A stretch of 64,000 nucleotides of DNA from Meyerozyma guilliermondii (GCA_051546255.1 CP128820.1:248001-312000); one strand, 5' to 3'. Positions 43,381-53,697 are shown, numbered from the stretch's first letter. Numbers and translations: made by a program. The notes: a model not told the origin generated them from the sequence alone.

Positions 43381-43405
43381 ATTTATAAGCTGAGGACACG
43401 CTGGC
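43381..43405 (-). promoter_or_regulatory. UPRE (Hac1 site) and TATA box of PDI1
   Basis: Minus strand reads CAGCGTGTC at 43403-43395 (KAR2-type UPRE core CAGCGTG), followed by TATAAAT at 43387-43381. Confidence 0.65.
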
Positions 43406-43489
43406 GCGCGAACTGCCCCTGCAGTACTGGGGGCACACAAACACCCACCCAAGCAATCATCAGGTGCGCGCCATCCCTCTTCTCTTTAA

Positions 43490-44611
43490 ATGTTGAAGTG
43501 GGTTCAGTCGGGTTTATCTGCTGTTGCCGGTACTACTGAGCCAGAGTATGGCCGTGGTGCCATCCATACAGTTACAGACTCCATTAATGAGGGTGCTCCA
43601 GTTTACAGAGAGCCTCTGGTGAATGACCTTTCGTGGATAGTTCCTGGGTCCACCAATGTAGAAACTCAAACATTTTACTTTACTTGTCTCAAATCAGGGT
43701 ACGCTGGATTTGCCCAGGTGATTCACTCCAACTTGATGGGAGTACACACCACTGCTCAATTCACCTTCAGATTAGTTCATCATGACAATCTTAAAGAAAT
43801 GAACTTGTGGACATCCACCAAACTCGAAAACTTCAAGACCCAAGGGGCCAATTTTTATGCTGATAACTTGTCCATTGAATTGCACGGCGATGAATACGTG
43901 TTAAAGTCGTCGGTGACCCCCAAATCGGTGGTTAATTTGACCATGAAACGTCTTGTACCAGGTGTAATTTTTGGCAAGGACGGCACTACTCTCTACGGAG
44001 ATGACGTAGCTAACCCATGGGGAAGTATGCGCCATTTGTTCTGGCCTCGTTGTAGTGTCACGGGAACCATTGTTACCGATGGAAAGACAATTGACATCGA
44101 TGGTCTCACCATGTTCGTCATGGCCATGCAGGGAATGAAACCACACCATGCCGCCAAATCATGGAACTTTTTGAATTTTCAATCAGAAGAGTTCTCGGCT
44201 GTGCAAATGGAGTTCACCACCCCTCCTTCCTATGCCACTACCAAGGTTAATATCGCCATATTGACGTCGCGCGACTCCATATTAACATGCTGCATTGATA
44301 ATGATATCGTCCATGAAGACCCCAAGATAGACGAGGTGGGATGGCCCGTGCCCAGTGCTATCACGTTTAATTATAACGGCAAGAGTGAATCTGGTGAACC
44401 TTTAACTGCCACCGTGAAGGGCCAGCTTAAGACGTTGGTGGAAAGAGTCGACGTGATGGCCGAAATTCCCCAGTTTGTCAAGAATATCGTTAGCGGTGTG
44501 TCTGGCGCAAAGCCCTACATCTATCAGTTCTGTAATGAAATGGTTGCTACCGTGGGCGACAAGTCGGAAAAGGGTATTGCGTTCAGTGAGGCCACTTTTA
44601 TCTCAGAATGA
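43490..44611 (+). CDS. SVF1: Survival factor Svf1 (ceramide-binding, lipocalin-like)
   Basis: MLKWVQSGLSAVAGT amphipathic N-terminus, EPEYG, TNVETQTFYF, QGMKPHHAA and a terminal EATFIS. Confidence 0.93.
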   Translation: MLKWVQSGLSAVAGTTEPEYGRGAIHTVTDSINEGAPVYREPLVNDLSWIVPGSTNVETQTFYFTCLKSGYAGFAQVIHSNLMGVHTTAQFTFRLVHHDNLKEMNLWTSTKLENFKTQGANFYADNLSIELHGDEYVLKSSVTPKSVVNLTMKRLVPGVIFGKDGTTLYGDDVANPWGSMRHLFWPRCSVTGTIVTDGKTIDIDGLTMFVMAMQGMKPHHAAKSWNFLNFQSEEFSAVQMEFTTPPSYATTKVNIAILTSRDSILTCCIDNDIVHEDPKIDEVGWPVPSAITFNYNGKSESGEPLTATVKGQLKTLVERVDVMAEIPQFVKNIVSGVSGAKPYIYQFCNEMVATVGDKSEKGIAFSEATFISE

Positions 44612-44667
44612 TTTTCTGGCACAAATACATAGTTTGAAATTTTCAATAAAATCCTAATAATCTTGCT

Positions 44668-45030
44668 ATGTCCGATGTCTTCATCTCTTCTTTGAACGAG
44701 CAGACCTTTGGTTTGGTGTCGCTCCCGCCAACAATATCGAAAATGATATCTCCTGATCTCTTCATCGCACCTCCTTTAGTTACCAGCTTTGGCGGTTCAA
44801 CTCTGAAAACCGGAGTAAAAAAGGAATGGATCTATTTCTTGTTCAACGGCTCAAAACGTCTTCCTGGAACATTGAGCCTTAAATCAACTGGTGGTTTCAA
44901 AATACTCATTCCCAACAAGTCATTTGCGACGGTTAACCATCATGGTAAGCTGAGTAAGATGCTGAGAAAAATCAGAATACGAACCCAACTACGTATTACT
45001 GGCTCTAAGTTTAAGTACATAGTGTCATAG
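44668..45030 (+). other. 120-aa ORF of uncertain status, overlapping an interrupted antisense frame
   Basis: ATG ORF filling the SVF1-ADP1 gap, with no recognisable motif. Confidence 0.3.
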
Positions 45031-45044
45031 TTTTATCATTAGGT

Positions 45045-48000
45045 CTATCTCTTCTCATAAGCAAAGAAGTGGAGGAACAAGTATCCCAACGTCAAGAATA
45101 CAAGTATTGATACAATAAGGCTGTAAGTGTCTTTCCAGAAAGCACCGACATCAAAGCCAAACGAGCTCAAGATGACGGCACCAGGAACCTCGATAGAGAG
45201 TCCGTATTTTTTTTCTTTCAAAATCAAATCTTTGACTTCATTGATTGATAATGCTTCGTATGCATAATGGAAAACAGAAATCCACTGGAGCCATTGAATA
45301 GCAGCTTGAAGTTCCTCTCCATTGATGAACAATCCAGCAAAGAGAAGAGAAAACAAGAGCACCAACACTCCAATCATGGTAGATGTACCAGGGTCCTTAA
45401 TTAATATTCCCACGATTAATACCTCAATTGCTACCGAGAGGTTGAAAAGAACCAACACCATTATGGTTTTTAAGAATCCGTTATTCTCTGCTGATAACCC
45501 AACGAGAGGATAAACAATGCTGGTCAAGATTATTGGTGGGAAAACACGCAAGGGTATAACATCACAAACAATTTTGCTGACATAGTAACTGAACGGATGG
45601 TAATAGTTGTTTGCACGCTCACGAATGAAGATGATTCTCTCTGCCGAGAAAGAGTGTAATCCGGTCAAGGCTGAGAAGCCAAAGAGAGCCAAAACAAAGA
45701 AGAACAATCCTAGTCTGTTCTGGAAACCACTTATATCATTCTGAACATCGTAATACAAATATCCACAAAAACCACCCACCAAAACGGAAAGAATGTAGTG
45801 ACTCAACAACAATTTTGGGTTTCTGTACAAATTCTTGAAGGTACGAGAAGATAAAATGCTAATTTGCGTACCGATAGATGCTTTTGGATTGTCGGCGAGA
45901 TCAAACTGAGATGCAGATCCTTTTAGTTCCTTAATTTCATCTTGAAGATCGCTGGCAAAGACAGATTCAACGAACATTTGATTAAGCTTCGTCGCCATTT
46001 CGGCGTTTCCTTTCTGGTTATCACTCGAACCAAAGAATTCATCACGATGCGATGCATAGTGCTCCCACTCTCTACTCAAGTCAAAATTTTCAGTCTCGTC
46101 TACCGCATGAACATCTGTGCTACTTGCTTCAGTGGACAAATTCTCCAAGTCTTGTTGTGGCACCGGAGGACTGCTTTCGTTGGCTGTCAAGTCAATGAGA
46201 TAATCGGCAATATTGTAGCCAACTGGACACTTGAATCCATTCCTAGCAAAGAAACCATTACATTTCATCATATCTCCAGAGTATACCAAGTCACCGTCAC
46301 TCAAGAGGAGTAATTTGTCAAAGAGAGACACGATATTGCTTCGTGGTTGATGAATAGTGAATACTATCGTTCGGTCGAAATCACGGCAAAGTTTCACGAG
46401 ACAATCTACCACATTTCTAGCATTGTAGGCATCTAGTCCTGAAGTTGGCTCGTCCAAGAAAAGAATCGATGGAGACGTAACCAACTCACAGGCAATAGAT
46501 ACTCGACGTTTTTCACCGCCAGAGATTCCTCGCTTGAAGTCAGATCCAATCTCACGGTCTTTTATACCCAAAATACGCAACTCGTTAAGAACCTCCACGA
46601 CTCGAGCTTGCTTAGCTCTTATGCTCATTGAGCGTGGAAGACGAAGTAGAGCACTGTTGAGCACAGTCTCGTAAACCGTCAAAGTTGGAATCAAATGATC
46701 CTCTTGGTCAACAAAACCAATAATTTTCTTAAAGTCACGAGGATCAAGATGGGCTCCGTTGACAGTTATGTTTGCCTTTACTGAACCATCCTTGTTCTTG
46801 CCAGCTAAAATATCAAGCAAGGTAGTCTTACCGGCTCCTGAACCTCCCATGATAGCAAGGCACTCGCGAGGGCGAACCAAACCAAATACGTTCTTCAAGA
46901 CGGTTTGTCCGCTGGGAACAGTGTAGCTCACGTTCTCAAACGCAAGGGAAGTTGGGGTAAAGTTTTCACTCAATGCGGTGGAATCAGCACCAACATCACT
47001 TTGTGGAACAGCCAGGAACAACGGAGTTTTTCTGATATTGTGTACAGAAGCCAAAAGGACCAAGAAACATACAAAAGTAACACCCACTATCACCACAGCG
47101 TTACCTAAAGTTAAGCGACTTTTGTCAGGGCTGTCGAATCCGGGGATCTCACTCTTGTGTACGCACTCACCTGACTTACATTTGAGTGTAATGAAAGGGT
47201 CTCCGAATACAGACTGTATCAAATCGTTCATGCTTGGCTCGGAAAAGCGACATGAACGCTCAGCAACATCACATGAAAAGTCACCTGGGCCCTTAATTGT
47301 CTCTGTGAGAAAATCCGATATATCAATGGAACCAGCTTCACCACAGAGCATACGATCAGGTATACACTTACATGCAACGTTTTTGCATTGGTATCTTGTT
47401 GAATTTTTGGCGATATCGTAATTATACTCGCACTCGGTCAAATCGCAGTAGAAAGATTCCTTTTGGTCAATCCAAAACTGAAAGTCACACTCTCCAGCAG
47501 TCTTGTTACAGCTAAACGTAGCCTGTGGTTTCTGTCCCTTAAGAATTGAAATGATTTTCTTGTTGGTTACATCACACATCTGGTGAAAGTTGTTGATAAG
47601 TACTCCAGTCTTATAGCAGGTGCCCTTCAAACCTTCAGGCATAAACGTGTCGCAGACATCATCTTGAGTACACAAATTGCAATTAATTCCCAGCCATCCT
47701 GGACGACATTCACATGTTTCATTGAGTTTTTTCTTTGGTCTATGACTGTTCCCGTCACTCAATGCTCCACATAATGCCTCCGAACAATCTAATCCACCAT
47801 ATCCATCTCGACAAACACACATTCCCGTGAACGTATTACACTGTGAAAACTGACTACACTCGAAATTGGGAAGGTTGCAATTGAAACAAGGAGGACATTC
47901 ATCATCCTGGTCAACAGGTTTTAATGAAAGACGGTCCTGGAATGCAAATCGGCCCTTTATTTTCTCAAATCGTTCCATCACATCCTGCTCCGTCTCTAGA

Positions 48001-48065
48001 GTGATGGAAGAGACAACAGAAGCCGCAGAAACTACCACGGCCACTATTAATTTTGATAGCTTCAT
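45045..48065 (-). CDS. ADP1: ABCG half transporter with N-terminal EGF-like Cys-rich domain
   Basis: Signal peptide, CPPCFNC and EGF-like repeats, GGSGAGKT, ISGGEKRR, LDEPTSGLD and C-terminal TM domain. ATG at 48065. Confidence 0.95.
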   Translation of the reverse strand: MKLSKLIVAVVVSAASVVSSITLETEQDVMERFEKIKGRFAFQDRLSLKPVDQDDECPPCFNCNLPNFECSQFSQCNTFTGMCVCRDGYGGLDCSEALCGALSDGNSHRPKKKLNETCECRPGWLGINCNLCTQDDVCDTFMPEGLKGTCYKTGVLINNFHQMCDVTNKKIISILKGQKPQATFSCNKTAGECDFQFWIDQKESFYCDLTECEYNYDIAKNSTRYQCKNVACKCIPDRMLCGEAGSIDISDFLTETIKGPGDFSCDVAERSCRFSEPSMNDLIQSVFGDPFITLKCKSGECVHKSEIPGFDSPDKSRLTLGNAVVIVGVTFVCFLVLLASVHNIRKTPLFLAVPQSDVGADSTALSENFTPTSLAFENVSYTVPSGQTVLKNVFGLVRPRECLAIMGGSGAGKTTLLDILAGKNKDGSVKANITVNGAHLDPRDFKKIIGFVDQEDHLIPTLTVYETVLNSALLRLPRSMSIRAKQARVVEVLNELRILGIKDREIGSDFKRGISGGEKRRVSIACELVTSPSILFLDEPTSGLDAYNARNVVDCLVKLCRDFDRTIVFTIHQPRSNIVSLFDKLLLLSDGDLVYSGDMMKCNGFFARNGFKCPVGYNIADYLIDLTANESSPPVPQQDLENLSTEASSTDVHAVDETENFDLSREWEHYASHRDEFFGSSDNQKGNAEMATKLNQMFVESVFASDLQDEIKELKGSASQFDLADNPKASIGTQISILSSRTFKNLYRNPKLLLSHYILSVLVGGFCGYLYYDVQNDISGFQNRLGLFFFVLALFGFSALTGLHSFSAERIIFIRERANNYYHPFSYYVSKIVCDVIPLRVFPPIILTSIVYPLVGLSAENNGFLKTIMVLVLFNLSVAIEVLIVGILIKDPGTSTMIGVLVLLFSLLFAGLFINGEELQAAIQWLQWISVFHYAYEALSINEVKDLILKEKKYGLSIEVPGAVILSSFGFDVGAFWKDTYSLIVSILVFLTLGYLFLHFFAYEKR

Positions 48066-48160
48066 GGTGGAGAGCAAGCCTTGTGCGGCCGCATACAGAG
48101 ATAATAGAAACGAGGGGACTACTGTGCAGGAGGGTCAAATTTCAAGTCTCTATAAAAGTA

Positions 48161-51100
48161 CTATTCAATGATTCGCTTCAATGGCTCCACGTAGTCTTTT
48201 TCCAAAGAGTCCTTTACATAGACAATGTAGTATGGCGTGGCAGTGTTTTCTTTGACAAAGTTGAACACTTCGGACGACGGAACCTCGGTTACAATTTCAT
48301 CATTGTACTTTCTGAATATGTTTTTGTGAGGGTCCTTAATGTACACCCAGTAATGGCCATAGCTTGCCTCGCCTCGGTGAATGAATATGGCAAAGATGGA
48401 GTACCCGACCTTGGTGTAGTCAGTGAATTGAGCCGATATCTTTGAAGTGAGCTCTTCAAGCTTAGCATCGAGAGCTTCAATCTTTCCTTTCAATTCATCG
48501 ATATGGACCTGAAGATTCAGAATCGTGGTAGGATTAACTGCCACTGAGCTACTAGGCACCACCTTCGTTTCTAGGTACTTCTTGGTTGTCACCAAGGCAT
48601 CGATAATGCATAGTTTGCTGTTGGGATCAGGTGTTAGTATCTTGTTACGAAGCTCATGGATTTGACGAACCTCAGATCGCCATTGAAACACTTCGTCTCG
48701 TTTCTTCAAGATTTCCAGATCTTGCGTCTCCAAATACCGATCTAGATATATCCTTTCGCTAAAGGGAATGTGCTCGATAGACTTATATGCCATCAACTTT
48801 TCTCGGTCGAACAAGACTCTCTGTACATGGAACTGCAACACCTCAGGTAGTTGAGCAACCGTCAATGACTTCTTCACCTGTCCATCTTCAAGATTGACAA
48901 TGTCTTCACTAAAATAGTTATCCAACGAATCGTAAATGTCTTTTGGATGATCACTGACATTGATAATCAAGCTAAAGAATCTTTCAGTGGATATTCTTTG
49001 TTCCCCTGCTTTGTGCATAGGAGTCAAGGTCTGTTGGGTCTTGCCATAGAAAAGCTTCTTGATCAAATCAAATTGTTCTCCATCTTCTTCTAAAGATTCT
49101 GGTTCCAATGCCGTTTCCAACTGAAAAGTGACATTCTCGATACACTCGGTAACATCTTGCTGGCGGCCAACTTCGATTGTGCTGTCGATTTCGTCAAGAA
49201 TAGGAAGAATTGTACGGGTTTCTTTATCACCTGACATCAGATCATCACTATGATTTGGGGTAGGCAAAAATGGAGGAGAAGGAGATCGTGAGTCGATCAT
49301 GATTGGTTCCAGCTCATCTCCTTGCGCCAACCCTGCACTTTCATCAAGCTTGACTAGAGCCTTGCTTTCGTGAGTTCCAAATCCAACTGGTTGTGAAAGC
49401 GGCAAAAAGGCAAGATAAGCCAATTCTTTACTAGGTGCAACACACCGTTTGTTTGTATGTATCATATCAAAAAATAGCTTTTGAAGATGATAAACAAACT
49501 GGTGTGAACGATGAACTTCCAGCAATTCTACCTTTCGGCCCCCAATTTTCCTTTCTGATGCTTCTTCAAGTCCAGTAGCATTGTTAGGGAAATTTAGTAC
49601 CATTTGTCTCAAAGGCTTGATGCAGAAATAGTACTGTAGTAATGAGTTGAGGTAACATGTGTTTCCGATGTTATCAAGTCCAGAGGGCCAATTTTCTGCA
49701 GGCAAGAGCAGTACATCCACCTTTCCCGAATGCAAAAAGCTCTGTAGGATAGCCAGATCCCTAGACTCAGCCAATGCCCTCAATGCTGCTCGCAACTTTC
49801 GAATGTCTTCAACGTCAGTTGCTTTGGCGATCCTGTTTTGAAACGACGTTATTATCTCGACATCACCATACTTTACGTCTTCAAGGTTGAACAAAACCAA
49901 GGCATCATGAACACTGACACCTGGTTTACTGGTATCTATCTTGCGCTCGTAGTATGACATTAACTGATAGCTTTTCCTGTTCACTGCAACGGAAAGAAGT
50001 GATCTGTTGAGCAATAAAATTTCTGATGCCGTTGAATTGAAGCCATTCGACTGTAAAATATCGTCAAGCTTGAACTCATAAGCTGTGATCACCACTTCGT
50101 CCTCGGTGATTTCTTCAATCCCCAAATCATCCATAGCAATATTCAAAGGCAACACTTCGTTCTTGATATAGTTGTGGAGAATCGCACTCTCTCTGGCATT
50201 AGCAATGACTTTAAGATGCTTGTTAAAGTACGAGTAGTTTCGAGGATCTTCTTGATACTGAGCTTTGTACACAGCAATGATATCATCATCTGTGAGGTTT
50301 TCATTTGGTCTGTCGATTCCAATAACTCTTAATGCATTTGAATAGTCCTCGTAGCCTATAAATTGGCCGCTCTGTGTGAGATGATTGAAATAGCTTTGAA
50401 GCTTTTGATTGCTTTGACCTGACTGACCACGTTTGAAGTTTATGATACTTCGGAGTGAGTCGGCGTAATGAAGCTTATTCTTGCTGTCTGATTTCAACGT
50501 GTTTTCGTAGCATCGAATTACCAATTCGTCTTGAAAGTATGTTGTAGCACTGAGGTTGGTGAAGAAGGGAAGTTGATTGGATATATGCGACGATGCAAAC
50601 GTAACGTTTACATGTCTATCAGATTCGTTTATGGCTCGATACACCACGGACAAATTGTCACTAAACGAATACTGTTGGTTGACAGAGTTAGGCTCCTGCT
50701 TGATATTAGCCCCAACGTAGATGAGCTCAATGCTCTTACGAATGTAAGATTCTCTCAATTCTAGGTTATCGGCCAAATTTGGCGGTACAACATCCTCTCC
50801 AGCTGTCACGAATCCCAAACGAGAGGTGAGGAGGTCAACATCCAATTGGGTGTCGAGAGATGTTTTGGTCAAGCTAATAGTCTTGATGGGGTCTCCTGGT
50901 GGTAGAAGAATTGGTCCTCTGAGCACCTTGAGAAGCGTGTGGATGCAATGTACCGAAGTGGGGACAGCATTAGGTGACAAATTGAGGTCTGGGTGACGCT
51001 TTGCACCTTCTTCATATCGCTTGGCAATGACCTCGTCGTTGAGAAGCGGCCATAAATCGTCGTTAGTGAACTCGCTTTTGAATATCGTGGCTCTGAGAAC

Positions 51101-51778
51101 ATGACGAGTGGATGCGTTGGCGGACCGGAACATGGCATCGTCTATAAAAGAAGTAGTGCTGTGAATGTCTAGTACTTTGGCTTCTGTGCGAGAAATATCG
51201 CTAGGTTTGACCAAATGGTACTCGTGTTTGTCGATAGTCGTTGCGAAGGGATTGGTAGCAGAATCGATGGTGGAGAGTCGGAAATGATGGATATCGGTGC
51301 CACAAACCACCAATCCTCGAATGATGGTGAGTGTGAATGGAGCCACTGTCTCTTGATCCTGCGACGATTGAGGGACCATATTACCTTCGGAGTCGACCCC
51401 AACCGTCTCGATGGTAGGGGCATACGCCACGTCGTTGTTGATGGTGATAGTAGCACATTTAGGCTTTTTGGCAGCAATTCGAGATAGGTTTACAGAGTAT
51501 TCAATGGGCCGTGATCTGAGGAGCGAGGAGCCAGGATGGGCGTTTTGATACGGCACGGTGTACTTGAGGTCGTCGAGGATACGATTGAGTGTTTTATAGG
51601 GAGAATGAATATCTGGAGGAGGAAAAAGGGTTGGTAGTTTTGACTGAAACGTGGCCGATTCGGAGATTTGTTGGGTTCTGAAGGGGTTTGAAGACTTTGG
51701 AGTTGTATATTCCAGTTTTTCGACTTCTGGGGGTGCTGTGACCGGGGCAGAAGGCCCAGGAGCTTCTTCTAATGTCAT
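48161..51778 (-). CDS. UBP2: Ubiquitin-specific protease Ubp2
   Basis: Cys box GLDNIGNTCYLNS, RQQDVTE, His box HRGEASYGHYW and YND. ATG at 51778. Confidence 0.92.
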   Translation of the reverse strand: MTLEEAPGPSAPVTAPPEVEKLEYTTPKSSNPFRTQQISESATFQSKLPTLFPPPDIHSPYKTLNRILDDLKYTVPYQNAHPGSSLLRSRPIEYSVNLSRIAAKKPKCATITINNDVAYAPTIETVGVDSEGNMVPQSSQDQETVAPFTLTIIRGLVVCGTDIHHFRLSTIDSATNPFATTIDKHEYHLVKPSDISRTEAKVLDIHSTTSFIDDAMFRSANASTRHVLRATIFKSEFTNDDLWPLLNDEVIAKRYEEGAKRHPDLNLSPNAVPTSVHCIHTLLKVLRGPILLPPGDPIKTISLTKTSLDTQLDVDLLTSRLGFVTAGEDVVPPNLADNLELRESYIRKSIELIYVGANIKQEPNSVNQQYSFSDNLSVVYRAINESDRHVNVTFASSHISNQLPFFTNLSATTYFQDELVIRCYENTLKSDSKNKLHYADSLRSIINFKRGQSGQSNQKLQSYFNHLTQSGQFIGYEDYSNALRVIGIDRPNENLTDDDIIAVYKAQYQEDPRNYSYFNKHLKVIANARESAILHNYIKNEVLPLNIAMDDLGIEEITEDEVVITAYEFKLDDILQSNGFNSTASEILLLNRSLLSVAVNRKSYQLMSYYERKIDTSKPGVSVHDALVLFNLEDVKYGDVEIITSFQNRIAKATDVEDIRKLRAALRALAESRDLAILQSFLHSGKVDVLLLPAENWPSGLDNIGNTCYLNSLLQYYFCIKPLRQMVLNFPNNATGLEEASERKIGGRKVELLEVHRSHQFVYHLQKLFFDMIHTNKRCVAPSKELAYLAFLPLSQPVGFGTHESKALVKLDESAGLAQGDELEPIMIDSRSPSPPFLPTPNHSDDLMSGDKETRTILPILDEIDSTIEVGRQQDVTECIENVTFQLETALEPESLEEDGEQFDLIKKLFYGKTQQTLTPMHKAGEQRISTERFFSLIINVSDHPKDIYDSLDNYFSEDIVNLEDGQVKKSLTVAQLPEVLQFHVQRVLFDREKLMAYKSIEHIPFSERIYLDRYLETQDLEILKKRDEVFQWRSEVRQIHELRNKILTPDPNSKLCIIDALVTTKKYLETKVVPSSSVAVNPTTILNLQVHIDELKGKIEALDAKLEELTSKISAQFTDYTKVGYSIFAIFIHRGEASYGHYWVYIKDPHKNIFRKYNDEIVTEVPSSEVFNFVKENTATPYYIVYVKDSLEKDYVEPLKRIIE

Positions 51779-51886
51779 TGCACTAACACACAAGTTACGT
51801 GATCCTGTTGCTGCGAGTGAGGTGCCAAGCTCCGGTGTGCATAGAAAGCGCGAAAGAGAGCTGAGGTGAACTGGAAAACGATCTGA

Positions 51887-51948
51887 GGACAAGAAACTGT
51901 TTAGGTGAGATTGTTTCGGACAAAAAACTGTTTGGGTGAAACTGTTTC
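51887..51948. repeat. Two-copy 31-bp imperfect tandem duplication in the UBP2-BCS1 divergent promoter
   Basis: GGACAAGAAACTGTTTAGGTGAGATTGTTTC / GGACAAAAAACTGTTTGGGTGAAACTGTTTC (4 mismatches). Confidence 0.75.
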
Positions 51949-52075
51949 GCTATAAAGATACTGCATTACACTATTGTTTGTCCTATAGAGCCGGTTTGAT
52001 TTGACTGACAATCACCGTCTTTTTTCACCTATTCGGTACATTTCGCATTTCCTTCAACTTCCATAATACCTAATC

Positions 52076-53398
52076 ATGTCAACGCTAGACCTTAAAAAAA
52101 TCCATGAAAACTCCGACGGGACCATTACTGGACTCACGGAGCTGGCTTTTAAAGAAGTAGTGCTCAATAACCCATATTTTGCTGCTGGTGGAGGACTCAT
52201 GGTTCTCGGTGCTGGACTAGCAATGGCTCGTCTGGGCATTACTAGAGGCTCGGGGTTCTTGTATCGTCAATTGCTTGTGGATCTTGAGATCCCTTCCAAG
52301 GACAAATCTTACTTGTGGTTTCTCGAATGGATGTCTCAATACAAACATAGAAGTTCACGGCACTTGTCGGTAGAAACCAATTTTGTTCAGCACGATAACG
52401 GTGCCGTTACCACCAAGTTTTCATTGGTGCCTGGTCCAGGAAAGCACCTCATTCGCTACCAGGGTGCGTTCATGTTGGTCAATCGAGAAAGACTGGGAAG
52501 GCTTTTGGATATGACTCTGGGAACACCATTTGAAACTGTTACATTAACCACTTTGTATCGTGATAGAGCGCTTTTTGGTAACCTTTTGGCAGAAGCCAAG
52601 AGCATGGCATTGAAAGCTCGTGAAGGAAAGACTGTCTTGTTCACTTCGTGGGGCCCAGACTGGCGTCCTTTTGGCCAGCCTCGTAAGAAGAGAATGCTTG
52701 GTCTGGTCATCTTGGACAAAGGTGTAGCCGAGCATATTGTGTCAGATGTTCGGGACTTTTTGTCTTCTGGAGATTGGTACCACCAGCGAGGCATACCTTA
52801 TAGAAGAGGGTACTTATTATACGGGCCACCTGGAAGTGGTAAAACCTCATTTATCCAAGCGTTGGCTGGTGAACTTGATTACAACATTTGCATACTCAAT
52901 CTTTCTGAAAACAACTTGACTGACGATCGTTTGAACCACCTCATGAACCATATTCCAGAAAGGTCGGTGTTATTACTTGAAGATATCGATGCTGCTTTCA
53001 ACAAACGTGAACAAAGTGACGAGAGCGGCTTCACTTCTGGAGTGACATTTTCCGGTCTTTTGAATGCATTAGATGGTGTCGCTTCTGCTGAAGAATGTAT
53101 CACATTTATGACTACAAACCACCCTGAAAAGTTGGACCCGGCACTCTTGCGTCCTGGACGTGTTGATTATAAAGTACTTATTGGTAACGCAAGTGAACAC
53201 CAAGTGCGCGAAATGTTCCTTCGGTTCTACGAAGGAGAGGACCAATTGTGCGATGAATTCATGGAAAAATACAACGAATTGGCTCTTGAAAACGTTAGTA
53301 CTGCTCAATTGCAAGGACTTTTCGTCTATAATAAAAGGGACCCTCACAATGCCATTTCCATGATCGACACGTTGAAAAATCCCAATACGGTCTTTTGA
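52076..53398 (+). CDS. BCS1: Mitochondrial AAA ATPase for complex III assembly
   Basis: [12 protein letters not shown] segment, [24 protein letters not shown] and [11 protein letters not shown]. Confidence 0.97.
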   Translation: MSTLDLKKIHENSDGTITGLTELAFKEVVLNNPYFAAGGGLMVLGAGLAMARLGITRGSGFLYRQLLVDLEIPSKDKSYLWFLEWMSQYKHRSSRHLSVETNFVQHDNGAVTTKFSLVPGPGKHLIRYQGAFMLVNRERLGRLLDMTLGTPFETVTLTTLYRDRALFGNLLAEAKSMALKAREGKTVLFTSWGPDWRPFGQPRKKRMLGLVILDKGVAEHIVSDVRDFLSSGDWYHQRGIPYRRGYLLYGPPGSGKTSFIQALAGELDYNICILNLSENNLTDDRLNHLMNHIPERSVLLLEDIDAAFNKREQSDESGFTSGVTFSGLLNALDGVASAEECITFMTTNHPEKLDPALLRPGRVDYKVLIGNASEHQVREMFLRFYEGEDQLCDEFMEKYNELALENVSTAQLQGLFVYNKRDPHNAISMIDTLKNPNTVF

Positions 53399-53428
53399 CC
53401 CTGTACATATGCTTGTAAATAAACAACC

Positions 53429-53647
53429 TCACCCTCGATACCTTCGCATTAACTTTTTATGGGCTTCATCGACGTCTCGGACACTCAAATCGGCGGCTCC
53501 AGCTTGAACCTGACTTTCATGTACAAGTTTGTTCAAGTAGTCCATATATATCAAGTACATGAGCACGTCTGACTCATCTCTCTTGAGAGGTGCCTCACAT
53601 CGCGCCTTAGCTACCTTGTTGAAGGTTGCTCTTGGAAACGAAGGCAT
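53429..53647 (-). CDS. WIP1: Histone-fold kinetochore protein CENP-W/Wip1-like (72 aa)
   Basis: FPRATFNKVAK start, DVLMYLIYMDYLNKLV long helix and RRYRG end are typical of fungal CENP-W. Convergent with BCS1 like S. cerevisiae YDR374W-A/YDR375C. Confidence 0.8.
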   Translation of the reverse strand: MPSFPRATFNKVAKARCEAPLKRDESDVLMYLIYMDYLNKLVHESQVQAGAADLSVRDVDEAHKKLMRRYRG

Positions 53648-53661
53648 AGTGTTTATCAAGT

Positions 53662-53697
53662 TCAACTTGATTTTGTGTTTATCAACTTGATTTTGTG
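53662..53697. repeat. Direct repeat with 20-bp period upstream of the WIP1-like gene
   Basis: TCAACTTGATTTTGTG at 53662-53677 and 53682-53697. Confidence 0.7.
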
